Translations under genes and position numbers: made by a program
The notes under the pieces: generated by a model
Database searches by the model: none
Told to the model about the DNA's origin: nothing
Seen by the model: the letters and a program-made list of their open reading frames with translations, nothing else
Shown here: positions 25,748 through 33,927 of the stretch, in pieces
Layout: every line of letters begins with the position of its first letter
Position numbering within the stretch: the stretch's first letter is position 1
Assembly (NCBI GenBank): GCA_964632215.1
Contig: CAZWBG010000001.1
Location: forward strand, 495,863-559,862
From: an uncultured Candidatus Saccharibacteria bacterium
Lineage (GTDB): Bacteria; Patescibacteriota; Saccharimonadia; Saccharimonadales; UBA7683
Reading direction: 5' to 3'
Length of the DNA stretch: 64,000 nt

Positions 25748-27202
25748 TTATACCAGATTCCAATCTATCTGAGCTTGCGGGCGCTGTCCTACCTTTTTTC
25801 TATATGACCGCCAAAGCCAGAGCGCAACCACAGCACAAGCCAGGTAGAGAAATAGCATTAACTGCCAGTGAATTTTTATCTGGGCTTGAGCCCATGAAAT
25901 TCGGGCAAGCCGTTCGATTGTCCAGATATTAATGGTTAAAATCGCCCGTGCCCACAAAGCAATCCATAATGCCAAAATAGGTGAGACTAAGCCTACCAAG
26001 CCCGTCGTAAAGACGAGTAACATAGTTAGCGGTATGAGCGGACCAACCAAAATATTAGCGAGAGGCGCAATCAGCGACACCTCACCGAACAAGAATGCTA
26101 CATACGGCAAGGTTAGAGCCTGGGCACACAGAGTTTCCAGTAGTAACAAGATTAAGAAATTTGGATGCTTTTCACCCCATATCCGCCAGGTAATTAACGG
26201 TGCTAGTATCAGTACTCCAGCAAAGGCTAAGAATGAAAGATACCAGCCAGCATCGCCCCACACATAAAGCGGATTCACAAAACCCGTAATAGCCGCGCCT
26301 AGTAAAATGAGTATGAGCGGCTTCACTGCTCGACCATAATACCAAGCCAGCAAACTCAGACCAGCAATCACCGCCGCACGAGCAATGGATGGACTCCAGC
26401 CAGTCATAACCAAAAAGCCAGCTATCAAAAGAATCGAAAACAGGACCGATTGATACGCTGAGCGCTTCGCAAATAATCGGCGTATGAGCTGCACTAAAAT
26501 AGTCAGATTATAACCACTCACCGCAATAATGTGTGTCAGGCCCACTACTGCCAAGGCTTCGGCAAAATCTTCAGGTAAACTTGTCCGAACGCCCACTAAA
26601 AATCCAAGCCCAAAACTTGCCTGGGGCTCCGGCAGTGCCGAGGTAACGCTGGCAAAGAATCGACTACGTAATTTTTCGACCCAACTAGTATTTTGCTCCA
26701 GCACCTGTATCTGTGCAAAGGACAAAGCGCCCTGACGACTAACACCCAGTGTTCTATTCAGCGTACCTTGAGCCTGAATTTTATCACCACGCTTGATGTT
26801 ATTTGCACCAAAACCTCGTACCCGAATACGACCCGGCAGTTTCTCACCATTTACTAAAATCTGACTAATATGGAATTCCGTTTGTGATTTTTCATACCCT
26901 ACATCGTCAATAACCTTCCCTATAACCGTGACAGGGCGAGTGTAGTACTGCTGGTATTTCCTCACCTCATTGAAAACCATACCGCTACGCCATAATCCTA
27001 CGAGCAGTCCCATAGCAAAGAAAGCAAGTAGAGCAAGTTGTCTGTGCCTTAGCCCTACAAGTACAAGTGGTAGCACAAATACCAAAGAGGCTATCGGCAA
27101 GTCAAGGCCATATCTGCCCAAAAAGAGACCACCCACCAGGCCCGCCAAACAGAAGCCGATACAAGCTGATTTTGAGGCTCCCACCCTGCGTATCAAGTCC
27201 AT
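25748..27202 (-). CDS. comEC: DNA internalisation channel ComEC/Rec2 (no metallo-beta-lactamase domain)
   Basis: 484 aa. N-terminal TM helices plus an OB-like segment (RIRVRGF...GDKIQAQGTL), then a polytopic competence domain with GLTHIIAVSGYNLTIL. Confidence 0.8.
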   Translation of the reverse strand: MDLIRRVGASKSACIGFCLAGLVGGLFLGRYGLDLPIASLVFVLPLVLVGLRHRQLALLAFFAMGLLVGLWRSGMVFNEVRKYQQYYTRPVTVIGKVIDDVGYEKSQTEFHISQILVNGEKLPGRIRVRGFGANNIKRGDKIQAQGTLNRTLGVSRQGALSFAQIQVLEQNTSWVEKLRSRFFASVTSALPEPQASFGLGFLVGVRTSLPEDFAEALAVVGLTHIIAVSGYNLTILVQLIRRLFAKRSAYQSVLFSILLIAGFLVMTGWSPSIARAAVIAGLSLLAWYYGRAVKPLILILLGAAITGFVNPLYVWGDAGWYLSFLAFAGVLILAPLITWRIWGEKHPNFLILLLLETLCAQALTLPYVAFLFGEVSLIAPLANILVGPLIPLTMLLVFTTGLVGLVSPILALWIALWARAILTINIWTIERLARISWAQAQIKIHWQLMLFLYLACAVVALWLWRSYRKKVGQRPQAQIDWNLV

Positions 27203-27296
27203 ATAAGCTCATACTAGCAAAAGCCAAACGGTCCGAAAAGTATTTAATAATACCTGACCACACCGCGCGATCCTGAGATTACTTCACCGAAAGAGT

Positions 27297-27323
27297 AAGG
27301 TACAAACTATTGCAACGAGATTA
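27297..27323. repeat. 27-nt direct repeat, copy A
   Basis: AAGGTACAAACTATTGCAACGAGATTA. Matches copy B at 27926-27952 at 23 of 27 positions. Lies just past the stop of the 170-aa gene. Confidence 0.6.
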
Positions 27324-27324
27324 G

Positions 27325-27837
27325 CTACCAAGGGCAAGAGTTTGTTTCTGTGCCAGCTATAATTTCTTGGTTTCCATACACGAAAGCGTGTTTATCCCAA
27401 AAATCTATACTATTCTTGGTTGCAGTAGCTGATTGCGGGAAAGGCTCATCATTCTTCTCATCAAAAACTCCGATCCAAGCACTTGATAAAAAGTAGTCGC
27501 TATTCGCCTGGCGAACTAGATGCATTGCTACAGTAGAGCAATCATCTCCTTTGCGATTCTTAACAAAAGGTACAAGACCATCATCTTCCCTATTTTTTCT
27601 AACCCCATACACTAATATGTCATCTTCATTCGTTTCTATAACATCGCAAACACCAATTGTGCGACCTATATCCACATGAGTTTTTATTTCATCATCTTCT
27701 AAACTCATTCTAGAAATAACTTCTATTAGTAGGTTCTTTAGTTGAGGAGTGTCATCAATATGGGTAGCGGTATGTGAACCCACAGGGTCGTAGACAACGC
27801 GCACTCTATTCTTGGACTTTGCAAGTAGCTCATTCAT
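27325..27837 (-). CDS. Hypothetical cytoplasmic protein (no family recognised)
   Basis: 170-aa acidic ORF with no TM helix or signal peptide. Low GC by hand count (21/60 on the line starting at 27601). Flanked by the 27-nt direct repeats. Confidence 0.55.
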   Translation of the reverse strand: MNELLAKSKNRVRVVYDPVGSHTATHIDDTPQLKNLLIEVISRMSLEDDEIKTHVDIGRTIGVCDVIETNEDDILVYGVRKNREDDGLVPFVKNRKGDDCSTVAMHLVRQANSDYFLSSAWIGVFDEKNDEPFPQSATATKNSIDFWDKHAFVYGNQEIIAGTETNSCPW

Positions 27838-27925
27838 TACCTAATAATAACAAAGAGAGCCAAAATAAGCTCTTTTTGTTCAGAATTTTCTACTAGGTTC
27901 ATCTGTTGGGTCAAATTGGAGGAAC

Positions 27926-27952
27926 AAGGTGCAAACTATTGCAACTGAATTA
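27926..27952. repeat. 27-nt direct repeat, copy B
   Basis: AAGGTGCAAACTATTGCAACTGAATTA. Its last 3 nt are the stop codon of the HAD gene. Confidence 0.6.
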
Positions 27953-28633
27953 CGACTCAACCAATACATCATCAAAGGTATTTAAGATAACGTCGGCCGC
28001 ATTTAGGTCTTGTTCTTTAACGTTACCTACACGTAGCCCTATAACAGTGCATTTTGCTGCCTTGCCTGCAATCGCACCATTCTTTGAATCCTCAAAAACG
28101 ATAGTTTCAGTATTGATTGCCCCGAGTTTTCTTATTCCAGCTATAAATGGCCCTGGGTCTGGTTTGTGCTGTGTAATATCTTCTTCACTAATAATGGCGT
28201 CAAAATAACCTGTCCAGTTATGTTGACCGAGTACGGCATTGACTTGTGAAAGCTTGCTCGCAGTCACGACAGCAAGCTTGAGTGATTGTAGTTTAGAGAC
28301 TCGCTCAAGAAATGAATCCACTCCAGGCAGAGCCTTTGCGGTGGTAATGTTACTTTCGTATAGCTTAAAAAATTCTGCAGCATATTCCTTGGCGTTATAA
28401 TTGATGCCATATTTGGCAATCATGCTCGCAAGGAAATATTCCTCGTTGATGTTAGTGCCATCACGACGCCATACTTTTACGAATAATTCGTAGTCAGTTT
28501 CTTCTGGTTCTACTCCATGATTTGAAAGTTGCTCTAGGAATGTAGCAGGACCTACAGGCTCAGTATCCACGAGCGTACCGTCCATATCAAATAGAAGAAA
28601 TTTTTTGTGACTGGGTATTGTGTATTTGCTCAT
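27950..28633 (-). CDS. HAD-superfamily hydrolase (beta-phosphoglucomutase-like)
   Basis: Motif I FDMDGTLVDTE, cap region, FEDSKNG motif. Confidence 0.85.
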   Translation of the reverse strand: MSKYTIPSHKKFLLFDMDGTLVDTEPVGPATFLEQLSNHGVEPEETDYELFVKVWRRDGTNINEEYFLASMIAKYGINYNAKEYAAEFFKLYESNITTAKALPGVDSFLERVSKLQSLKLAVVTASKLSQVNAVLGQHNWTGYFDAIISEEDITQHKPDPGPFIAGIRKLGAINTETIVFEDSKNGAIAGKAAKCTVIGLRVGNVKEQDLNAADVILNTFDDVLVES

Positions 28634-28640
28634 GTCATAA

Positions 28641-28678
28641 CTATAACAGAAACTCCCTTACGGGAGTTTCTGTTATAG
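28641..28678 (-). other. Perfect 17-bp hairpin, 7 nt upstream of the HAD start codon
   Basis: CTATAACAGAAACTCCC-TTAC-GGGAGTTTCTGTTATAG. The core AACTCCC/GGGAGTT is shared with the tRNA-Lys terminator. No T-run follows on the minus strand. Confidence 0.6.
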
Positions 28679-28699
28679 TATTCCTGCTAGGGTCTAGAT

Positions 28700-28725
28700 T
28701 GGAGGGTCCAGTGGGGCTCGCCCAC
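28700..28725 (-). pseudogene. Duplicated 3-prime fragment of tRNA-Lys (T arm, acceptor strand and CCA)
   Basis: 28699-28720 is identical (22 nt) to 28888-28909. The copy continues to 28725 with a 2-nt deletion in the T loop. Confidence 0.6.
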
Positions 28726-28855
28726 ATCCTGCAGGCCCAGAACTTCTGCCAAGGCAACATAGTTGCCAGGTGAAGATTCTCTTGCAAAATGCCACAGGCA
28801 TTTCTCACCCACTCCACCCTTTGGCGCGTCGTGAAACCGAGCTAAAGAATCCTCC

Positions 28856-28883
28856 AAACAAAAAACTCCCAAATGGGAGTTCT
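28856..28883 (-). terminator. Rho-independent terminator after tRNA-Lys
   Basis: AACTCCC-AAAT-GGGAGTT stem-loop (28864-28881) followed by a T-run on the minus strand. Confidence 0.7.
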
Positions 28884-28888
28884 TAGTT

Positions 28889-28965
28889 TGGAGGGTCCAG
28901 TGGGGCTCGAACCCACGACACCCTGCTTAAAAGGCAGGTGCTCTAACCAGCTGAGCTATGGACCC
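28889..28965 (-). tRNA. tRNA-Lys (anticodon UUU)
   Basis: 77-nt cloverleaf read by hand. Acceptor GGGTCCA/TGGACCC, D arm GCTC..GAGC, anticodon arm CCTGC-CTTTTAA-GCAGG, T arm GTGGG-TTCGAGC-CCCAC, encoded CCA. Confidence 0.9.
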
Positions 28966-29156
28966 AAATGTTGGGTGTACAGTAAAGTACTACTTGATAC
29001 ATAAGTGCAGTGATTACCGAATGGTTAGAGCACCGTGCTTATCGTCTTCGTTTTGTTTATTCATTTACCAAAACGGACCGAAGGACTAGGTTATTTTCGC
29101 ATATTTACAGATAAAGCGCAATGTCGATTTATTCACTCTGGCACAGACCACTACAA

Positions 29157-29642
29157 TCAATTTTTCTTTTTCGGTTCTTTTCTCACGCTATGAGTTAAGG
29201 TCATTTCCAACACAGCCAGTACCGCAGCAGCTGCTAAGATAGCGTTTTCGTAAGGGTCTAGGAAAAAGAGAAAACCTGAGGTTGTGATACTGGCTGGCAC
29301 AAAACTCAGTGGTTGTAGAATTTGAACCCCAAAAAATACTACTAAAATACCTAGCATAATACTCGTTAGTAATGAAAGTACAGGATTAGATCGATGGACC
29401 TTAACTGCAAAGAGTGAAACCAGCATCGGCAAAAACGTTAGTACTAGCTGCACTACAACCGGTACATAGACCCGAACACTAGAGCTGGTCGAAGGCAAGA
29501 GACCAATAACCCAAGTACCGAGTAACTGATTGAGTAAAACTCCAGCCAGCAGCCCTAAAATGGCCACGCCTGCGCTCGTCTTCTTTACAAAGACCACAAG
29601 CGTTACGAAAATCGCAATTCCAAGCATAATTATATCTGCCAC
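29157..29642 (-). CDS. Polytopic membrane protein, unknown function
   Basis: 161 aa with 4-5 TM helices and a Lys-rich C-terminus. Last gene of the rimK-strand block. Confidence 0.55.
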   Translation of the reverse strand: MADIIMLGIAIFVTLVVFVKKTSAGVAILGLLAGVLLNQLLGTWVIGLLPSTSSSVRVYVPVVVQLVLTFLPMLVSLFAVKVHRSNPVLSLLTSIMLGILVVFFGVQILQPLSFVPASITTSGFLFFLDPYENAILAAAAVLAVLEMTLTHSVRKEPKKKN

Positions 29643-29680
29643 TATGCTTATGGTATCATTCCCAACAGATCAAAACAATC

Positions 29681-30181
29681 TTACAGCTCAAATTCTACCC
29701 TATCACCAATCTTGATGGTATATTTCTGGGCGTAGCCAGCATTGGTCTCAAGTACATACTGTGCAGGCATTTTAGGGACAAATGTTTTCGGGTATGAGGC
29801 GGGCTGAACATTTGATTCAATATGTACAATTTCTTTTTCGGAGTTTAGCCACATAATATCCAATGGAATTCTAGTGTCTTTCATCCAGAAAGCGTAGCTA
29901 CCAGGCATGTCGTAGACAAAGAGCATACCAGCGTTTTCCGGTAAGCTGTCACGGCAACATAGGCCTCGTTCTTTTTCTTGCGATGATGTCGCAATTTGTA
30001 ATTCTAACGCTTGATCATGAATAGTAGCAGTGGGTATAATTTTTTGCGATCTTGTCGCAAAAAATAAGAGAAGTACCAAAATAATGCATAAAACTATGCC
30101 TATACTACCTAAAGTAGCCGTTTTACGCACCCACTTTGTCTTTTTTATTACTCCGCTTTGCGTTGATCTCGATATAGTCAA
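29681..30181 (-). CDS. DUF192 family protein with N-terminal membrane anchor
   Basis: ENAGMLFVY...FWMKDTRIPLDIMWL...VLETNAG segments typical of DUF192. The track start 30181 is a TTG. An alternative GTG at 30130 would overlap the rimK stop by 8 nt. Confidence 0.7.
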   Translation of the reverse strand: MTISRSTQSGVIKKTKWVRKTATLGSIGIVLCIILVLLLFFATRSQKIIPTATIHDQALELQIATSSQEKERGLCCRDSLPENAGMLFVYDMPGSYAFWMKDTRIPLDIMWLNSEKEIVHIESNVQPASYPKTFVPKMPAQYVLETNAGYAQKYTIKIGDRVEFEL

Positions 30182-31037
30182 TTATCTTGGCTGCGACGTT
30201 CCGCCCCGTTACCTTCTCGATACCACCAAGTCCGGGACTTGAGTTAACCTCTAGCACCAAAGGGCCTCTGCTTGATCGCATCATATCTACACCACAGATT
30301 GGGAGTCCCATAGATTTGGCGGCTTTAAGGGCAGTCTTCTTTTCTTCATCAGTTAGTTTTATCGATGCCCCTTCACCACCCTGGTGTAGGTTGCTACGAA
30401 AGTCATCGTCAAGGCTTTGTCGTTTCATACTAGCAACGACTCGACCACCCACTACGAAGGCCCTAATGTCTTCACCAGCAGATTCCTCAATAAATTCTTG
30501 CAGAAGGATGTTGGTCCCATCCTCATTATGCAGATAGAAGGCTTGCAGCACAGATTTTGCAGCTTTTTTGGTTTCCGCGAGTACCACGCCATTTCCGTGT
30601 GTACCACGTGCAAGCTTAATGATTACTGGAGTACCACCAACCTGCTCCAAGAGATCTTCGATATCGGTAGTATTACGTGAGAAAACTGTCTTAGGTATCC
30701 CCACTCCAGCCTTAGAAAGAAGCTGCAAAGAACGCAGCTTATCACGCGAACGAACAATCGCAATGGAGGTTGCGGTGGTATAAACTCCCTGCATTTCAAA
30801 TTGGCGCACAATAGCCGTACCATACCGTGTCATACTACTACCGATACGTGGAATAATTGCATCTACATTTTGTAGATCTTCGCCCCTGTAACTGACCGTC
30901 GGATTACTCCGTTCTATAGAGGCGTAGCACTCTCTATGTTTTACTACTCGAACCGAATGTCCGCGAAGCTTGGCCTCCTCTTTCAGCCTCTTAGTTGTAT
31001 AGTTTCCGGGTCCGTTTGAAAGAATAATGACATTCAT
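30123..31037 (-). CDS. rimK: Ribosomal protein S6 glutamate ligase RimK (ATP-grasp)
   Basis: Alignable by eye with E. coli RimK along its length: IPRIGSSMTRYGTAIVRQFEMQG, SRDKLRSLQLL, DFRSNLHQGG, GVDMMRSSRGPLVLEVNSSPGLGGIE. Confidence 0.9.
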   Translation of the reverse strand: MNVIILSNGPGNYTTKRLKEEAKLRGHSVRVVKHRECYASIERSNPTVSYRGEDLQNVDAIIPRIGSSMTRYGTAIVRQFEMQGVYTTATSIAIVRSRDKLRSLQLLSKAGVGIPKTVFSRNTTDIEDLLEQVGGTPVIIKLARGTHGNGVVLAETKKAAKSVLQAFYLHNEDGTNILLQEFIEESAGEDIRAFVVGGRVVASMKRQSLDDDFRSNLHQGGEGASIKLTDEEKKTALKAAKSMGLPICGVDMMRSSRGPLVLEVNSSPGLGGIEKVTGRNVAAKIIDYIEINAKRSNKKDKVGA

Positions 31038-31537
31038 GACTCGTCCGCCCTATCCTCTTCGTCATCTGGCATCTCGATACCGTATTGTTTCTTAAGCTCA
31101 ATTCTATTTATACTGGTTTCGTTTGTATCCACAAAAAATCTGCCGTTCAAAAGTTTTCTACCAATTAAAATTGGGTATATCTTCTTAGATCGGTCCGCAA
31201 GAGTAAAGGATGCTCTGAAAACTCGAGGGCCCAGCTTTACCCTTAGCCAGACCTCATATCTATCTTCACGGTGCCCAAATGAGTTTGCTACTCCGACCTG
31301 TTTAAATGTATCTGCAATAATGGTCTGAGAAAGCGCTCCGCAGACGGGGTGACCACCTAATAAGTCGAATTTAAGCTTGGCTCCATCATCAATAAGTACA
31401 ATATTCTCAGCATGGATAGCCGAGCGATACGCACCAGTATCGGTCTTAGCGGGAATACCGCTAATATCAAAGTCTAAGAAGTGCAGTACTTCTGCACGTC
31501 CAATAATTACTTTGTGAAAATCTTTTTTCGTTGCCAT
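31034..31537 (-). CDS. RimB-type retropepsin-like / putative ATP-dependent zinc protease family protein
   Basis: 167 aa. GRAEVLHFLDF...IPAKTDTGAYRSAIHA is typical of the family that commonly precedes rimK. ATGA overlap with rimK. Confidence 0.7.
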   Translation of the reverse strand: MATKKDFHKVIIGRAEVLHFLDFDISGIPAKTDTGAYRSAIHAENIVLIDDGAKLKFDLLGGHPVCGALSQTIIADTFKQVGVANSFGHREDRYEVWLRVKLGPRVFRASFTLADRSKKIYPILIGRKLLNGRFFVDTNETSINRIELKKQYGIEMPDDEEDRADES

Positions 31538-31647
31538 AAGTGAGTTACCTATTGTTAGTATATACTGCTAATGTATATTGGTCATTAATAATCGACTAGT
31601 CATTTAATACTTGAAATATTCTAACATAAGTAGTAAAATAAGTCAAT

Positions 31648-32889
31648 ATGAAAAAGCGTATACTAATTGTTGGTCAAAAGATATCTATCCTGGTGAATTA
31701 TCTGGAAGAGAACGGTTATGACTATATCGTCCTAAAAGACGTAAAGCGCACCAAGTTTCCTGATCGTCAGTTCAAGCGTCGCGTGCTATGCGATTTCTCG
31801 AGTCGCGATAAAGTCCTTGCCACTATTGATGAGATCAAGAAACCTATCCATGGAATAATAGCCACTTACGAAACCTACATTTTACCCGCCGCCTGGATTG
31901 CAGAGCATCTTCAGCTGCCGAGTATTCCAGTCAAAAGCGCCGAGGCCTGTACGGATAAGTTCATCATGCGAAGCTTATTCGCCAAAGCACCAGAGAAGAT
32001 TAGTCCAGATTTTATGGTAATTAACTCAGAGCAAGATGTTCGTAGCTTTGCCCAAAATCACGAGTTTCCATTAATTATTAAGCCCGCCAATCTCTCTAAA
32101 AGTCTCTTGGTCACAAAAAATCATGACCTTAATGAACTACTCGAGAACTACCGTAAAACCATGAATGTCATTAATGATGTCTACCTAAAGTATGCGCCCG
32201 ACCGTAAACCAAAACTACTTATTGAAGAGTTTATGGAAGGAACCATTCACTCGGTTGATGCTTTTGTCGACAAAGACGGTACCCCTCAGGTATTAAACCA
32301 GGTTGTTGATTATCAAACTGGGTACGATATTGGATACGATGACAACTTCCACTACAGTCGAGTACTCCCTTCTCAGCTGTCCAACGACGATCAAGAGGCA
32401 CTACGCCACTGCGCAGAAGTAGGTATTCGTGCCCTCGGAATGAAGAGTTCGCCAGCACACGTAGAAATTATTATGACAAAAGATGGCCCTCGACTTGTTG
32501 AGATTGGTGCTCGTAACGGTGGCTACCGTGAAAGAATGCACAAACTAGCGAACGGGATTGATATTACTGGGGCCGCACTTGCGCTTGTAGTAGGGTCCAA
32601 GCCAAACATTACTGCCACAAAAAATGAATCGTGTGCAGTGCTGGAGTTATTCCCACGAAGAAAAGGTGCTTTTAACGGTATCGCTAATGAATCTGTACTA
32701 AAAAATCTGGAGTCCCTTGAGCGCTATAGTATTAAAGTGAAACATGGCGAGACAGTTGGTAAATCAAGTGATGGATATAAGACACCGCTCGTTATTATCT
32801 TACACGCTTCGAACTCTGATATTCTCACACGTGACCTCTTTATAATTCAGGATAAAATTAGAGTCCTTACCAACGTAGACCCACAGTAA
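31648..32889 (+). CDS. ATP-grasp enzyme, L-amino-acid-ligase / carboxylate-amine ligase-like
   Basis: 413 aa. Rossmann-like pre-ATP-grasp N-terminus, FPLIIKPANLSKS, LLIEEFMEG, HVEIIMTKDGPRLVEIGARNGG. Confidence 0.75.
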   Translation: MKKRILIVGQKISILVNYLEENGYDYIVLKDVKRTKFPDRQFKRRVLCDFSSRDKVLATIDEIKKPIHGIIATYETYILPAAWIAEHLQLPSIPVKSAEACTDKFIMRSLFAKAPEKISPDFMVINSEQDVRSFAQNHEFPLIIKPANLSKSLLVTKNHDLNELLENYRKTMNVINDVYLKYAPDRKPKLLIEEFMEGTIHSVDAFVDKDGTPQVLNQVVDYQTGYDIGYDDNFHYSRVLPSQLSNDDQEALRHCAEVGIRALGMKSSPAHVEIIMTKDGPRLVEIGARNGGYRERMHKLANGIDITGAALALVVGSKPNITATKNESCAVLELFPRRKGAFNGIANESVLKNLESLERYSIKVKHGETVGKSSDGYKTPLVIILHASNSDILTRDLFIIQDKIRVLTNVDPQ

Positions 32890-32890
32890 G

Positions 32891-33910
32891 TTACGGCAGC
32901 AGGGTCGCAAGATACTCGACATACTTCTGAGTTACATTACGTGATTTACCACTGGTTGGTTTATCATGTATGGCCAGTGACGGGCACTTATTTAACTCCA
33001 CTATCACCGGTTGTAGATCATCAACAGTAGCATCTTTGGTGGGCCGTGTGCGCATCATGAAGTCAACACCGCATACTGGAAGTCCAATAGCCCGTGAAGC
33101 AGAAGTAGCCATATCGCGCATCCACTGAGGTGTATCATCCGTAATGTCAATAATCTCACCCCCGGCACCATAGTTGGCGATACCCAATACAAATACTTCT
33201 TCATCTCTTTCTGGGATTTTTGATACATCATCGCCCAAATACGTCGCAGCTGCTTCGGAATTAATGTACGCCAGTGCAGCACGATACGGCTCACCTCTGT
33301 TTCCAGAATTATTCTCTATTTCTATGAGTTCAGTAATACTATGCACACCATCTCCTGTAACTCGCGCAGGTACACGGTGAATCGCACCAGCAAATTCGTA
33401 ATTAATAGTGGCTATTCGTATATCTAGAATCTCTGGGTAATCATACTGTTTCTGAATAACTGCTGCCCGAATATTTTTAGCATTATCCATCGCAATATTA
33501 AGTGCAGCATCAAGAGCATTACTCTCGGTGATTCCGACGGTGATTCCCTTGCCATGCCCGCCATCAAGTGGTTTCACCACAACCTTCTCTGACGCCTGTA
33601 GAAATTTCTTGACTCGCGGATCATCCTTTTCCTTATCTTTTACGAGTATAGTTGGAAGTTGCTTAATACCGTTTGATTCAAGAAGGCAATGTGTGGCATA
33701 TTTATTATTTGCAATATGCCCTGCCGCGTAACTACTCGTTGGAGGCGTAGTACTAAAGATATGTATTGTTCGGTCACCCTTGGTTATGAATATGTTTGGA
33801 CAGCCAACATAGGGCACCTCCGCCTTCCAGTTGTGGCGTTTTATCTCGTCCTGAATAAGTTGCTGTCCCGTATTCAAACTAGCTGTATCAATACTTAAAA
33901 AATCTACCAT
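32891..33910 (-). CDS. ATP-grasp ligase resembling the cyanophycin-synthetase G domain / GshAB C-terminal domain
   Basis: 339 aa. VVVKPLDGGHGKGITVGI, HRVPARVTGDGVHSITELIEIENNSGNRGEPY, GVDFMM...VIVELNKCPSL. Confidence 0.7.
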   Translation of the reverse strand: MVDFLSIDTASLNTGQQLIQDEIKRHNWKAEVPYVGCPNIFITKGDRTIHIFSTTPPTSSYAAGHIANNKYATHCLLESNGIKQLPTILVKDKEKDDPRVKKFLQASEKVVVKPLDGGHGKGITVGITESNALDAALNIAMDNAKNIRAAVIQKQYDYPEILDIRIATINYEFAGAIHRVPARVTGDGVHSITELIEIENNSGNRGEPYRAALAYINSEAAATYLGDDVSKIPERDEEVFVLGIANYGAGGEIIDITDDTPQWMRDMATSASRAIGLPVCGVDFMMRTRPTKDATVDDLQPVIVELNKCPSLAIHDKPTSGKSRNVTQKYVEYLATLLP

Positions 33911-33927
33911 ATACTCAACGTCCCTTC

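Noticed and set aside
28699-28857. Possibility that the structured segment is tmRNA or SRP RNA
   Set aside because: At 159 nt it is too short for tmRNA. No G-U at acceptor position 3, no tag reading frame ending in a stop, and no GGAA/AGCA SRP helix-8 motif could be found. One stretch (CAGGCCCAGAA...GCCAAGGCA on the plus strand) loosely resembles 4.5S RNA but lacks the conserved GGAAGCAGC. This is left as an Rfam check, not a call.
28687-28872. 61-aa ORF in the track (minus strand) downstream of tRNA-Lys
   Set aside because: It runs straight through the tRNA terminator, the hairpin-rich segment and the duplicated tRNA 3-prime fragment. It has no Shine-Dalgarno sequence. The region is better explained as RNA or an att scar.
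29001-29044. Imperfect hairpin ATAAGTGCAGTG...CACCGTGCTTAT upstream of tRNA-Lys as a separate RNA element
   Set aside because: The stem needs several G-U pairs and mismatches. It is more simply part of the tRNA-like fragment noted in the tRNA-Lys finding.
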